Positions 54,349 to 64,000 of a DNA stretch of 64,000 nt are shown in pieces. The translations under genes were made by a program, and so were the position numbers. Source of the stretch: a bacterium (GTDB taxonomy: Bacteria; Zhuqueibacterota; Zhuqueibacteria; Zhuqueibacterales; Zhuqueibacteraceae); NCBI GenBank assembly GCA_044869275.1, contig JBIOXB010000230.1, positions 1 to 64,000 on the forward strand, given 5' to 3'. The number at the start of each line of letters is the position of its first letter. Position 1 is the first letter of the stretch. The notes beneath the pieces are model-generated. The model was given only the letters and a program-made list of their open reading frames with translations. It ran no database searches and was not told the DNA's origin.

Positions 54349-56682
54349 CTATCTCTCCAATAGAATTTTTTGCACCGCCACCTCTCCCGCGGCTTCCAGG
54401 CGCATGAAATAAACTCCCGGGGGCAAGCCACGGCCCGAAATCTTGAAATGGTGCCAGCCTTCGATTTGCGTTTCATTCAACAAAACTTTCACCTGCTGGC
54501 CGAGTGCATTGTACAATACGCCTTTGACCCGGTCCGGCCGCGACAGGTAATAGCGCGAGAAGGTTTCATACTTGAAAGGATTGGGATAGCCGGGCGATAA
54601 AGCAAAATGGCGCGGCGCCTCGGTTTGATCATACGCGCTGGTATCGCCTTCCAGATAAACCCAAACCGGACTCGACCAAGCCCAAGCTTCCCGGCCGGCG
54701 ACGCCGGGCTTTTGCTTGACACGGACATAATACAGCGCCGCGCTGCCGAAGGTGCTATCAATGAGTTGCTGATGGAAATTTCGCCCGGTCCCGGCCGCCT
54801 TAAAGAGCGAAGTAAAAACAGGATGGCCGTTTGCATAAGTGCCAGACTTTCCCGCCCAGCGCAAGATTTCCACGGAGTCCAAGTCCTGTGTTCCAGCGAC
54901 TTTCACCGTGAGCTTGGGATACTGTTGCGAGGGCAGCGCGAACTTCGAACCCATCAAATTTCCGTTCACGTCGAAATACAGCAGCAAGCGTTTGCTGGTG
55001 GTGGCATAGGTGCGGCGGCTTTTGAGCGCTTCGAAAATGGCGTCGCGCGTCAATTCCTTGGCATACACGGCAACGCTGCCCACGTTCTCCCGGCCCGGGC
55101 GCGAAGTATGATCGTCGCTCGAGGCGATGACGCCCAGCTCTTCGCCCAAAGCCCAGGCATCCTGGGCGAAGTGCGGGCCATTGATCAGATCGCGCCGTTC
55201 CTCCGGATGCAGCGACTTGTAAGACAACGGGTGGGCGGGCTCATAAGATTCGCTGAGACCGTGCTGCGAAAACAATTCGATCAAAGGCCGCAATTGCGGA
55301 TGCGAAAAACCCGGACCAAAACTGACGGCGGCATGCTGGAGTTCGCCGCCGGATCCCGGGCCCCAAATCACGCCGGTATGATGAGGAATCGTAAGCATGC
55401 CAACGCCGGGCGGCAGAACGCGCGCTTGATCGGCCCATACTTTTTGAATTTGCCCATAGTCCTCTTCACGCAGCAAAGGCAATTGCGACACTAATTCATC
55501 GCGGGTGTTGAAATAAATATTGTGGTGGCCGGAAGGCGGCGCGGCGCCGAATTCCAGCGCGGGAATAGTGACGAACTGCCCGGGTTGGTGATAGCGCACG
55601 ACCTCGCGCTTGACGTGCTCCCACTCCGCCGCGGTGAGGCCGGAATTGTTCTTGGCGCCGTACGAGGCATGCTCGGTCAGCGCGTAAAAATCCAGGCCCG
55701 CGGCATCGCGTGCGGCGGCGAACGGCTCTTTGCCGTAGCCATCGAAGCTGAAGCTGGAATGGCTGTGCAAGTCTCCCCAATAGATCTCGTACTGCGGTTT
55801 GTCCGCCGTCACTTCCACCGGATTGGAAATCATTTCAGACCAGGAGGCGCCCAGCACCGCCAGGCGAACTTCATGAATGCCGGGAGAGCGAAACCGAATG
55901 GGTACGATTTTATGCCCGCGATCTTCCGGACCAAAAACCACCAGCGGTGGAGCTGCAACGAGAGAATCCGTGCTGCTGACTTTCACCTCGCCGGTAAAGG
56001 AGGCTGCGATATTCCCTTGCGCATCGAGGCAAGCGATCTTCAAATTGGCCGGCGCACCGGTTTGCAGGCGGCTGGGCAGATAAGCCGCCAGCCATCGCGG
56101 TTTGCCCGGAAGTATGGTGAGCAGTGGCGCAGGGAAAATTTCCTGGTAATTTCCCTGGCCTTGAAGATCACAGGCGACGAGCACCGTATCCGTGAAAGCC
56201 GTGGCGAGCCCCGGCATTAGCCCGCCCACAGGATTCGCGCCGTAAGTAATATGAATCGTGTCGCCGCGCACCAGCGCCTGCCGGCTAACCATCGCGGTCA
56301 AAACCCAGGCATTGCGATCGACCGGCCAGGCGATCGCCGGGTCGTCTTCCAGAATCTGGGTGATCGCTATAGCGGCAGCAGGGTTGGAAACTTGCGCGGT
56401 CACATATCCGGCAAAAAAGGGATTCGAAGTTTGAGGCTGAGCAAATCCTTTCACAAAGCGAACTTTGATGCCGCCGCCGGCTGCCATGCCGTCTTCATCA
56501 ATAATGAAGGACACGCGATAAGCGCCGGGCAATAGGGTAGTGGTCGTGGACGGCGACAAGAGGGTGTGGACGCGTGGAAAATCCGCCCGCAGCCTCAGAG
56601 CTAAAGCGGCCATAACGCTCATGAAAAGCAAGAAGGCGCTCATGCGGAATGTGGCTATTCTCGACGACATCGTTCTTTGCAT
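54349..56682 (-). CDS. Secreted PHP-type (DUF3604-like) metallohydrolase with a C-terminal sorting tail
   Basis: WGDLHSHSSFSFDG, DFYALTEH, GHHNIYF, IPHH, ASSDDHTSRPG, RRTYATT, AWSSPVW; GYPNPF tail. Confidence 0.78.
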   Translation of the reverse strand: MQRTMSSRIATFRMSAFLLFMSVMAALALRLRADFPRVHTLLSPSTTTTLLPGAYRVSFIIDEDGMAAGGGIKVRFVKGFAQPQTSNPFFAGYVTAQVSNPAAAIAITQILEDDPAIAWPVDRNAWVLTAMVSRQALVRGDTIHITYGANPVGGLMPGLATAFTDTVLVACDLQGQGNYQEIFPAPLLTILPGKPRWLAAYLPSRLQTGAPANLKIACLDAQGNIAASFTGEVKVSSTDSLVAAPPLVVFGPEDRGHKIVPIRFRSPGIHEVRLAVLGASWSEMISNPVEVTADKPQYEIYWGDLHSHSSFSFDGYGKEPFAAARDAAGLDFYALTEHASYGAKNNSGLTAAEWEHVKREVVRYHQPGQFVTIPALEFGAAPPSGHHNIYFNTRDELVSQLPLLREEDYGQIQKVWADQARVLPPGVGMLTIPHHTGVIWGPGSGGELQHAAVSFGPGFSHPQLRPLIELFSQHGLSESYEPAHPLSYKSLHPEERRDLINGPHFAQDAWALGEELGVIASSDDHTSRPGRENVGSVAVYAKELTRDAIFEALKSRRTYATTSKRLLLYFDVNGNLMGSKFALPSQQYPKLTVKVAGTQDLDSVEILRWAGKSGTYANGHPVFTSLFKAAGTGRNFHQQLIDSTFGSAALYYVRVKQKPGVAGREAWAWSSPVWVYLEGDTSAYDQTEAPRHFALSPGYPNPFKYETFSRYYLSRPDRVKGVLYNALGQQVKVLLNETQIEGWHHFKISGRGLPPGVYFMRLEAAGEVAVQKILLER

Positions 56683-56689
56683 ACTTGAG

Positions 56690-59065
56690 CTACTTCACCA
56701 TCACAATTTTCTGCGTGGCAATCTGGCCCGCCGCTTCCACGCGCACGAAATAAAGGCCGGGCGATAAATTGCGGCCCGTAATCCGGAAATCATGCCAGCC
56801 TTCGCTGCTTACGCCATCGCTCAGCACTGCCACAAGCTGCCCGAGCGTGTTATATAAGGAGGCGCGGACACGGCCGGCCTGCGGCAAATAATAGCGCATC
56901 GTCGTCGCGGCTCTGAATGGATTCGGGTAATTCGGCGGCAATTCCAGGCGGCGCGGCACGGTTCCGGTCAGGCTGGTATCCAGCGTGGGCGTTTCCTCGA
57001 TCCAAATCGGGCTCGACCAGGCCCAGACTTCACGGCTGATAAATTGGCGCGGATAACTCACGTCTTTTATCTGCTTCACCCGAACATAGTAAATCGAGGC
57101 GCCGGAATAGGAGCTGTCCACCACTTGAAACGCCGCCTGCTTGCCGTTGCCCTGTTCACGATACAAAGTGACGAATGTGGGATGGCCATTGGCATACTCG
57201 CCTTCGCGCAAATCCCGGCGCAACACTTCGACAAAATCCAGATCGTCGGTGCCATGCACGGCGACATTGATTTTGGGATAATACGGCGGCTTTTGCACGA
57301 TCACGGAGCCCATCATATGGCCGTCGATATCGAAGCGCAGCAAGATGCGCTGGCCGGTGGTGGCATACGTGCGGCGCTGTTTGAGCGCTTCGAAGACCGC
57401 CTCACGCGTCAATTCTTTGGCATACACTGCAGCCAGTCCATAGTAAGGCAAACCCGGGCGCGAGCTGTGATCGTCACTGGCCGCAATGACGCCCAATTTC
57501 TCGCCGGCGGCCCAGGCGTCCTGCGCGTAATGCGGGCCATTGGCCAGGCCTTTGACGCCCGCGGCGTTCAGCGATTTATATGACAGCCGGTGTTGCGGGC
57601 TGTAATATTCGCTCAGACCGTGGCTGGAATAGATTTCGATTTGCGGGCGCAAGCGGGGGTGCGAATAACCCGGGCCAAAACTGACCACTGCAGAACTTAC
57701 ATCCACAAACTCATTCCAGATGATGCCGGTGTGATGCGGCACCGTGATCATGTCCACACCCGGTGGCAATAACTCGTTCTTCACTTGCCAGACTTTTTGA
57801 ATCTGCAAATAGTCTTCGTTGCGGAACAACGGCAGCTGCGGGATGATCTGATCGTGCGCGTTGAAATAAATGTTATGATGCCCGGACGGCGCTCTCGCGC
57901 TGAACTCATAGGCCGGAATCGTGACAAATTTTCCCGGCGCATTGAAGCGAATGACGTCGCGCTTGACCGCCTCCCATTCCACCGGCGTGAGCCCGGCATT
58001 GCGCTGGGCGAAGAAGGAAGCGTGCTCGGTCAAAGCATAAAAATCGAGGGCGGCGACATCGCGCGCCTTGGCAAACGGCTCGCTGCCATAGCCGTCATAG
58101 CTGAAGCGCGAGTGGCTGTGCAAATCGCCCCAAAAAACGCGATACGGCTGGGAATCGGCCACCACTTCAACCGGATTGGCGTACACCTGCCAAAGCGAAT
58201 CTGGATCGTGATCGAGCACGCGCAGTTGCACTTCATGCACACCCGGCGTGTTAAACGCCCCTTCGATCACTTTGCGGCTGCTGTCTTCGGGCGCAAATTC
58301 GACTTGCGCCGGAAACGTGGCGGAAATATCCGTCGCAGAAATCTCGACCGTACCCGTGAAAGGCAGCGCGAGATTGTTGTATTCATCCAGCACGACCAGC
58401 CGCAGGGGGGCCTGTTGTCCTGGCGCCAAAGTGCTCGGCAAAAAAGCGGCGAGACGATACGGCGCGCGCGCCAGGATGGTGATGATCGGGCTCGGGCTCA
58501 ACAGTTGATAGCTGCCACTGCCCTTCAGATCGTACGCGACCAGTACCGAGTCGCTGTAATTGGAATTGGGCGGAGTGACACGCCCGTTGACGTGCGCGCC
58601 AAACACGACGTGAATGGTGTCGCCGCGCGCCAAGGCGGAATCCCCTAACAGTACCGTGAGCACCCAGGCGTTGTAGTCCGGCGGCCACGGCACTTGCGCC
58701 TCTTCGCGTTCGACGCCGGCAACGCGCATGGGCGCCTGCACCTTGGAAGTTTGCACCACAACGTAATTCGGCAAATCCGGGCTGTCTGCTTGCGGCCGTT
58801 CAAAGCCCTTGGGCAGGCGAATTTTCAAACCTCCGCCACGGGCCATGCCCTCATGCTGCAACACGAATGACACCCGTACGCTTCCCGGCACGCGCACGGT
58901 CACGGTGCTGGGCGTCACAAACGTTTGCAGTCCGGCCGTGCTTTGCGCCTGGTGTAACGACAGTCCCAACAAGGTTCCGATAAAGAGCAATCCCCCTAGC
59001 GCATGAAACAGCGTGAGCGGTTTTGGCTGCAGCTCAAATAGATGTTTGTCGAATATCCCCTTCAT
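56690..59065 (-). CDS. Secreted PHP-type (DUF3604-like) metallohydrolase, tandem paralog
   Basis: Same motif series (WGDLHSHS, LTEH, GHHNIYF, VPHH, AASDDHSSRPG, AWSSPIW) and NYPNPF tail. Confidence 0.78.
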   Translation of the reverse strand: MKGIFDKHLFELQPKPLTLFHALGGLLFIGTLLGLSLHQAQSTAGLQTFVTPSTVTVRVPGSVRVSFVLQHEGMARGGGLKIRLPKGFERPQADSPDLPNYVVVQTSKVQAPMRVAGVEREEAQVPWPPDYNAWVLTVLLGDSALARGDTIHVVFGAHVNGRVTPPNSNYSDSVLVAYDLKGSGSYQLLSPSPIITILARAPYRLAAFLPSTLAPGQQAPLRLVVLDEYNNLALPFTGTVEISATDISATFPAQVEFAPEDSSRKVIEGAFNTPGVHEVQLRVLDHDPDSLWQVYANPVEVVADSQPYRVFWGDLHSHSRFSYDGYGSEPFAKARDVAALDFYALTEHASFFAQRNAGLTPVEWEAVKRDVIRFNAPGKFVTIPAYEFSARAPSGHHNIYFNAHDQIIPQLPLFRNEDYLQIQKVWQVKNELLPPGVDMITVPHHTGIIWNEFVDVSSAVVSFGPGYSHPRLRPQIEIYSSHGLSEYYSPQHRLSYKSLNAAGVKGLANGPHYAQDAWAAGEKLGVIAASDDHSSRPGLPYYGLAAVYAKELTREAVFEALKQRRTYATTGQRILLRFDIDGHMMGSVIVQKPPYYPKINVAVHGTDDLDFVEVLRRDLREGEYANGHPTFVTLYREQGNGKQAAFQVVDSSYSGASIYYVRVKQIKDVSYPRQFISREVWAWSSPIWIEETPTLDTSLTGTVPRRLELPPNYPNPFRAATTMRYYLPQAGRVRASLYNTLGQLVAVLSDGVSSEGWHDFRITGRNLSPGLYFVRVEAAGQIATQKIVMVK

Positions 59066-59080
59066 AACGACGACCTCGTG

Positions 59081-60610
59081 TTAAAGATACCCCAGACTCC
59101 GCAAGTGATCTTTCAATTCCTCGGTGACGACACCGGCGTCTTGTTCATATCGCCAGGAGGCGTCTTCCCAAGTATCAATAAATTGCACCTCCCGCCCCGC
59201 CCAATATTCTTCCTCAAAAATCTCATGCAGTACGCGGCCCTCCATGTCTTTGCCCACGGGCAAACCAAGCAATGCCAAAAGGGTGGGCGTGATGTCCAGC
59301 ACACTGGCGTGGTCAAAGCGATGGCCGCGGCGAATCCCCGGACCGGCGGCAATCAAAACGCCGTCGGGGTGATGATCGCCGGAAATGCCCGTGGTGTCGC
59401 CTTCGATGATTTTATTCGCGGCGATAATACGCTGGTTCGGCAAGCGCACCGCGAGATCGTCGATTTGCTCGATGTCGTCGCGCAGGCGAATTTCCAGGTT
59501 GCCGGAGGGGTCGCGGTTCACTTCAAACATGGGCGTCTCCGAACCGGCCAGGTGAATGCCGCGCAAGTCGCTTTCCATTTGCCGCAGGCGCTCTGCGTTC
59601 TCTTCGCGATCACGAAAATAGGTCGCGCCGCGGATGTTGAACGTGCGCGCTTTCGCGCCGTCCCAGCCCAGAAGCTCCATGACTACCTCGGGCAGGACGC
59701 GCACAGTGCGGTCGGGTTTGCGGCCTTGCGCTTCGGGTACGGATTGGAAACCATGATCGGAGAGCACGATCACGACCGTGCGATCATCCACGGCGTGGCG
59801 AAGAATATAACCCAGGGCGGCATCCGCGCTTTCATAGGCGGCGTGCACCGTGTGCCGAAATTTGGCAATCTCCTGCGGCCGGACGTTGGTGAAACGCTCC
59901 GGCTCCATGAATTTCCAATAATTGTGTGAAGTGGCATCGATCAACATGTTGACGTACATCGCCAGATGCGGGCGAAAACGCCGCACTTGTTGTGCGAAGA
60001 CCTCCGTGTAAAACTGTGCGCCAACTCTCCGGGCGGCAAAAAATTTGGATAAAAAATTCTCGCTGGCTTTAAGCCGCGCCAGCAGCACGGCAGCCTGCGC
60101 CAGGGAGCTGAGTCGAACACCGAGGCGATGGCACTGCCACGCCAATTGCGACAACCGGCGCCAGGATTTTCTATGCTCGGAGCGCTGCATCACATCCAAC
60201 TCACGAATAGCTTGCAACGCGGCGGGATGAGTTTCCACGCCGCGCGAAAAGGAGCCGGGAATCACAAAGCCGTTCACCGCCGGCGGCGGCCAGGTCACCA
60301 TGTAGCCGCATAAGCCCACGCGCAAGCCGCGCTCCGCGGCCATATCCCAAATGCGCTTGCAGCGCACGCTGTTCGAGGCCACGACGAAATCCCACACGCC
60401 GTGCTTCTCCGGGGATTTCCCCGAAGCGATACTGGTCCAAATCGTCGGCGAAACCATGGGCTCGAGCGATTTCAGCACGCCGGCGCTGCCTTCGCGCACG
60501 AGCTTCTGCAAATGGGGCAGTTTGCCCGCCCGCATCATGGGATCGAGAATGCGCCAGGTCGCGCCATCGAGGCCGACGACCATGATCTTCAACGCCGTGG
60601 GATCATTCAT
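59081..60610 (-). CDS. Alkaline phosphatase superfamily (nucleotide pyrophosphatase/phosphodiesterase-like) protein
   Basis: VVGLDGATW, SPTIWTSIASG...HGVWDF, VLSDHGF, GDHHPDG, DITPTLL, LRSLGYL. Confidence 0.85.
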   Translation of the reverse strand: MNDPTALKIMVVGLDGATWRILDPMMRAGKLPHLQKLVREGSAGVLKSLEPMVSPTIWTSIASGKSPEKHGVWDFVVASNSVRCKRIWDMAAERGLRVGLCGYMVTWPPPAVNGFVIPGSFSRGVETHPAALQAIRELDVMQRSEHRKSWRRLSQLAWQCHRLGVRLSSLAQAAVLLARLKASENFLSKFFAARRVGAQFYTEVFAQQVRRFRPHLAMYVNMLIDATSHNYWKFMEPERFTNVRPQEIAKFRHTVHAAYESADAALGYILRHAVDDRTVVIVLSDHGFQSVPEAQGRKPDRTVRVLPEVVMELLGWDGAKARTFNIRGATYFRDREENAERLRQMESDLRGIHLAGSETPMFEVNRDPSGNLEIRLRDDIEQIDDLAVRLPNQRIIAANKIIEGDTTGISGDHHPDGVLIAAGPGIRRGHRFDHASVLDITPTLLALLGLPVGKDMEGRVLHEIFEEEYWAGREVQFIDTWEDASWRYEQDAGVVTEELKDHLRSLGYL

Positions 60611-61844
60611 GTCGGAATTTTTCCTTGGCTCCATGCAGGAGCGAATCGTAGATTTCATTGATGGCAATCGCGTCGTCCCGAAACTTGCGATAAACCGCCT
60701 GGCGCGCTGCGACGCCCATGCGCCGGCGTTCGGGCGCATCCTGCAATAACTCGCCCAGGCGCCGCGCGATACTCGCGGAATCACGCGGATCCACCAAAAT
60801 GCCCGTAACCCCGTCGTCAATTTGCTCCACCACTCCGCCGCGACCGCTTGCGACCACGGTTTTTTCCATGGCCATGCCTTGCAACACCACGCCGGGAAAC
60901 GGATCGTCAAAAACTGCCAACTGCAACATCACTTCGAAGATCGCAATTAAGGCCGGTACATCAGAACGAAACCCGGTCATGATCAGGCGCGGAGACAAAC
61001 CCAGCTCGCCAGCCAATTTTTTGATGAATCGTGCATAGGGCTCATGGCCCGGCACCAGCCCGCCGACGATCATAAACTTGCACTGCGGCTGCGTTTCCAA
61101 TAGCCGGGCACAGGCGCGCAAAAAGAACTCATGGCCTTTCAAGCGCACGAGCTTGCCCACCATGCCGACCACACATTCGTTTTCTTGAATGCCCAAGGAA
61201 GCGCGCAGCGCCCCCCGCGCCGCCGGTGGATATTTTTCCGGGTCAAAAATCTCCGGATCCGGCGGACTGTCATAAACCACGGCGACTTTTTGCTGGGCGG
61301 GACCCAACATTTTGCGCGCGGTGGCTTGCGACACCGCCAAAATGCGCGCCGCCAGTGTACGCATCAGCCAAAGAAAAGGGCTGACGGCAAGCCGCGGCCG
61401 CACCGTGCGCAGATGCCAGACGACTTTGCATCCCGCCAGCCAGCCGGCAATCGCGCCGTGAAAATCGAGCAAATCATTGGCGTGCACGAGGTCCACCGGA
61501 TGCCGGCGCAACCACCGATACAGCGCGGCGATGCCGTGTGCGCTGTCATACAGGTACTTCGCGTAATAATAAGGATTGCGCCGTTTCGACAGCTTGTAAG
61601 CGCTGGCAGCAAAATGAACGCCGGCCAAAGCCGCGCGTGCGGTGGAAAATTTTTCCATCTCGCCGCGATCGCGCGCCGGCAGTGCGAGAAAAATCTGTTT
61701 GCCGTTCAAACGCGCCAGGGCCTGCGCGGTGCGCACCATGCAATGTGTCGCGCCGCTCTGGCCGGAAAAGCTGGAAGTGTAAAACAGAATACGGGGCTGT
61801 TTCTGCACGCCGGCCTCAGATGTCTGTGGCTCTGCCATATCCAT
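60603..61844 (-). CDS. Glycosyltransferase family 4
   Basis: VGMVGKLVRLKGH, TGFRSDV, DPFPGVVLQGMAM, GGVVEQIDDGVTG. Confidence 0.9.
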   Translation of the reverse strand: MDMAEPQTSEAGVQKQPRILFYTSSFSGQSGATHCMVRTAQALARLNGKQIFLALPARDRGEMEKFSTARAALAGVHFAASAYKLSKRRNPYYYAKYLYDSAHGIAALYRWLRRHPVDLVHANDLLDFHGAIAGWLAGCKVVWHLRTVRPRLAVSPFLWLMRTLAARILAVSQATARKMLGPAQQKVAVVYDSPPDPEIFDPEKYPPAARGALRASLGIQENECVVGMVGKLVRLKGHEFFLRACARLLETQPQCKFMIVGGLVPGHEPYARFIKKLAGELGLSPRLIMTGFRSDVPALIAIFEVMLQLAVFDDPFPGVVLQGMAMEKTVVASGRGGVVEQIDDGVTGILVDPRDSASIARRLGELLQDAPERRRMGVAARQAVYRKFRDDAIAINEIYDSLLHGAKEKFRHE

Positions 61845-61891
61845 TGCACATTCGTTCCTGGTCAAAAGCCCTCCGAGGCATAGTGTGAAAA

Positions 61892-61965
61892 AAACTCAAA
61901 GCCCTAAGCTCAAAATTCAAAGCAACATTCGGATTTTGTGCTTTGAATTTTGAGTTTTGAATTCT
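61892..61965. repeat. Intergenic heptamer repeats forming inverted arms
   Basis: AAAACTC AAAGCCC TAAGCTC AAAATTC AAAG ... CTTTGAAT TTTGAGT TTTGAAT. Confidence 0.7.
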
Positions 61966-61992
61966 GGGCTTCCGGCTCGCACGGGTGCCCTT

Positions 61993-62949
61993 TCACCCCA
62001 GATCATACTGTAATTGCTCCGCCAGTCCGGCCACCATATTTTCGATGTGCTTCATTTGCGTCGCGCTGAATTGTTTTTTGAATTTGAAATTGCGGTTCTC
62101 GAGCTTGAAGCTATCGAGGAAACGATTAAAACTGTTCGTCCACGGCAACCCGCAAAATTCCAACATGCGTGCCAAAACCCGGTCCGGTGTCTGCATGAAT
62201 TCTTCGTAACGCACTTCCAAATATCGCTGCTCGCCCAGCATGGCTCCTGCTGCCAAAGCTTGCTGCACTTCCGCGCGCCATAGCTCCGCCGCCAGGAGCA
62301 CGGGATCGCCGCCTTGCGCTGCCCATTGCTTGGGCGTGAGATTCCCCGCACACCACACGCGCAAATCCGGCCACCACGGCACATGCAAGAACGACGCGAT
62401 CGCCGCACGCGGATCTCGAATGACGTGAATGAACAAAGCGTCGCCGAACAATTCATTCAAATAACGCAGGCGCCGGGTATTGCGCGTGTTTTTGTTGAGA
62501 AAGCGCGTCTTGCGCTGATAAAACATAGCGCGTTGCACGGCGAGGCGCGCGCGCGCGCGCTCCGCCGGTGTAACATCGCTTTCCTGCAGAGGCGGATCGC
62601 AGGGGCTGTCGTGCACGGGCCGGATCCAATCCCACACGGCATATGCTTCCGAGGGCATGGGCAGGCCTTTGCCACGCCAGGATTTCAAGGCGGTGTAGCG
62701 GTAGAAACGCGAGAGCGCGGCCAGAGGGAAAGATGCCGGCCATCTTTGATTGTAATTCGAAAACCACGACAACTCCGGATGGCCGCACAGCATGTGATAA
62801 AGAATGGTCGTGCCGGAACGGCCGCTGCCCACGATAAAGATCGGACGCCGCAGATTTGCAGCGCCGCGTTGTTGTACTCCGGGGGTAGATACCGGAGGCG
62901 CATCGCTGAGGTGCGGAGTCGAAGACTCCATTTCAAATGACCATGCCAT
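61993..62949 (-). CDS. Sulfotransferase (Sulfotransfer_3-like)
   Basis: PIFIVGSGRSGTTIL (5'-PSB), FIHVIRDPRAAIAS (3'-PB), VRYEEF..P.....LEFCGL.W. Confidence 0.9.
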   Translation of the reverse strand: MAWSFEMESSTPHLSDAPPVSTPGVQQRGAANLRRPIFIVGSGRSGTTILYHMLCGHPELSWFSNYNQRWPASFPLAALSRFYRYTALKSWRGKGLPMPSEAYAVWDWIRPVHDSPCDPPLQESDVTPAERARARLAVQRAMFYQRKTRFLNKNTRNTRRLRYLNELFGDALFIHVIRDPRAAIASFLHVPWWPDLRVWCAGNLTPKQWAAQGGDPVLLAAELWRAEVQQALAAGAMLGEQRYLEVRYEEFMQTPDRVLARMLEFCGLPWTNSFNRFLDSFKLENRNFKFKKQFSATQMKHIENMVAGLAEQLQYDLG

Positions 62950-63020
62950 ATTGTCTCTCAAGCCAGCATTTCTGCTCGTCCACAAGTTGCACTCGTGGAG
63001 GCACAGTTGAATTGTGTGTC

Positions 63021-64000
63021 TTATTCCCGCGTCGAGCTCGCCGTCTGGGAGTAGCGCACTGGAACGAGATCAGGCCGTTGCCCTGAGCGGAGCGGGGCGG
63101 CGAGCGGGGAAATCTCATCACGCGCCGGCGCCGTGGCCTTTGCGGGCTGCAAACGGCGCATCATCGTGCGGCTCAGTCCCAGGGCCGCGCCGATCAACGT
63201 CATAATCAACGGAAACTCGGATTCGTGAAACATGCCGACGTACCAGAACATCGCAAAATACAAGCTCGTGAAGCAGGCCAGGAAGGCAATGGCGAAATTG
63301 CCGCTCACGCGGAACTTTTCCGCACCTCCCGCGCGCAAGACGCGCACAATCTGCCGCAACGGCCACCACAGCAGCAGCACGAACAAAAATGCGCCAAACA
63401 AGCCATTTTCCGTGGCTACGATCAAATAGATGTTGTGCACGGTGGCCTGAAAGCGGTCCGGAATGAACGTATTGCTCGCGTGAATGATTTCATTCGAATT
63501 ACCCATCCCCACGCCCAGGTACGGATGCTTCTGCAACACGACAAAAGCGGCGTCCGTCAAATCGGAGCGCAGGTTTGAGCTGTGATCGTCAAAAATACGT
63601 ATGGTGCGCGCCCAGGCGGCTCTGCCAATAAGCTCGCTTCTCTCTTCGAAGAAGGTGAAGGCCAGGGCAACCAGCACCACCGGCGCGAGCAGGTAAGCCG
63701 CCCATTTGCGTTTGCGCATGGAGGTCGTGCGGTAGCGCGACTCGGCAAACAGCAAGGTGACGAACCCGATCGCAAAGGCCATCCAGCTCGCGCGCGACAA
63801 CGTCAGAATCAATGCGAGCAGACAGAAAAGCCACCAGAGCGCGTAGGAATTGCGCAGTTTTTGCCGGTGATTGGTCCAATTCGCCTGCACAAAGGGCATC
63901 AACATGATCAGCCAGTTGGCGAGAAAATTGGTGTGCACGAACGTTCCTTGCGCCCGCGTGACCACCTCGCCCTCGAAATTCCAGTTGGATTGATGCGTTT
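63021..64000 (-). CDS. O-antigen ligase/polymerase (Wzy_C)-family membrane protein, 3' part
   Basis: RAQGTFVHTN, LTLSRASW, HPYLGVGMGN, VHNIYLIVATENGLFG; 5' end lies beyond the window. Confidence 0.88.
   Translation of the reverse strand, partial: THQSNWNFEGEVVTRAQGTFVHTNFLANWLIMLMPFVQANWTNHRQKLRNSYALWWLFCLLALILTLSRASWMAFAIGFVTLLFAESRYRTTSMRKRKWAAYLLAPVVLVALAFTFFEERSELIGRAAWARTIRIFDDHSSNLRSDLTDAAFVVLQKHPYLGVGMGNSNEIIHASNTFIPDRFQATVHNIYLIVATENGLFGAFLFVLLLWWPLRQIVRVLRAGGAEKFRVSGNFAIAFLACFTSLYFAMFWYVGMFHESEFPLIMTLIGAALGLSRTMMRRLQPAKATAPARDEISPLAAPLRSGQRPDLVPVRYSQTASSTRE

Noticed and set aside
595..61965. CRISPR array suggested by the short intergenic repeats
   Set aside because: Units are 7-8 nt, degenerate and lack unique spacers; no cas genes are present.
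13..62940. Many long plus-strand ORFs (e.g. 3107-4717, 15072-16271, 32027-33907, 47199-48653)
   Set aside because: They are antisense shadows of well-supported minus-strand genes in GC-rich DNA and carry no recognisable motifs.

Overview
GC-rich bacterial chromosome segment with no rRNA, tRNA, CRISPR array or intact transposase. Several secreted proteins end in an NxPNPF...Y(F)xR...K(M/I)xxxK sorting tail, suggesting an FCB-related lineage such as KSB1 (inference). (1) 1-22 kb, all minus strand: an energy-metabolism run of ypdA-like reductase, lpdA, an isocitrate/isopropylmalate dehydrogenase, an unusual complex I cluster (nuoA-B-CD-E-F-G-H-I followed by a second nuoB-C-I-D, no nuoJ-N), ETF-quinone oxidoreductase, an O-methyltransferase, a 2-oxoacid dehydrogenase E2 and lipA. 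Four junctions of this run hold toxin-antitoxin-type relics (DUF4160/DUF2442, RelE-like, HEPN/MNT plus AlbA_2 and DUF2442 scraps, Fic), two of them bracketed by imperfect direct repeats. (2) 22-35 kb: fatty-acid genes, dnaK, a probably zinc-free DksA-like protein, degQ, a DnaJ-like protein and a STAS/anti-sigma fusion, with candidate sigma-54 promoters. (3) 35.6-38.5 kb, the most striking feature: a CcsA/HemX-family membrane protein followed by a protein in which a catalytically degenerate glutamyl-tRNA reductase (HemA)-like region is fused to an intact sigma-54 enhancer-binding AAA+/HTH module, behind a GG-N10-GC promoter motif. This is a candidate heme/tetrapyrrole-sensing transcription system. 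(4) 44-64 kb: a surface-polysaccharide cluster (gmhA/B, Wzi, GT4s, WcaJ-like, sulfotransferase, O-antigen ligase/polymerase) with embedded secreted hydrolases, plus two nested-palindrome MITE-like elements. All family calls come from motif recognition by eye; no database searches were run.
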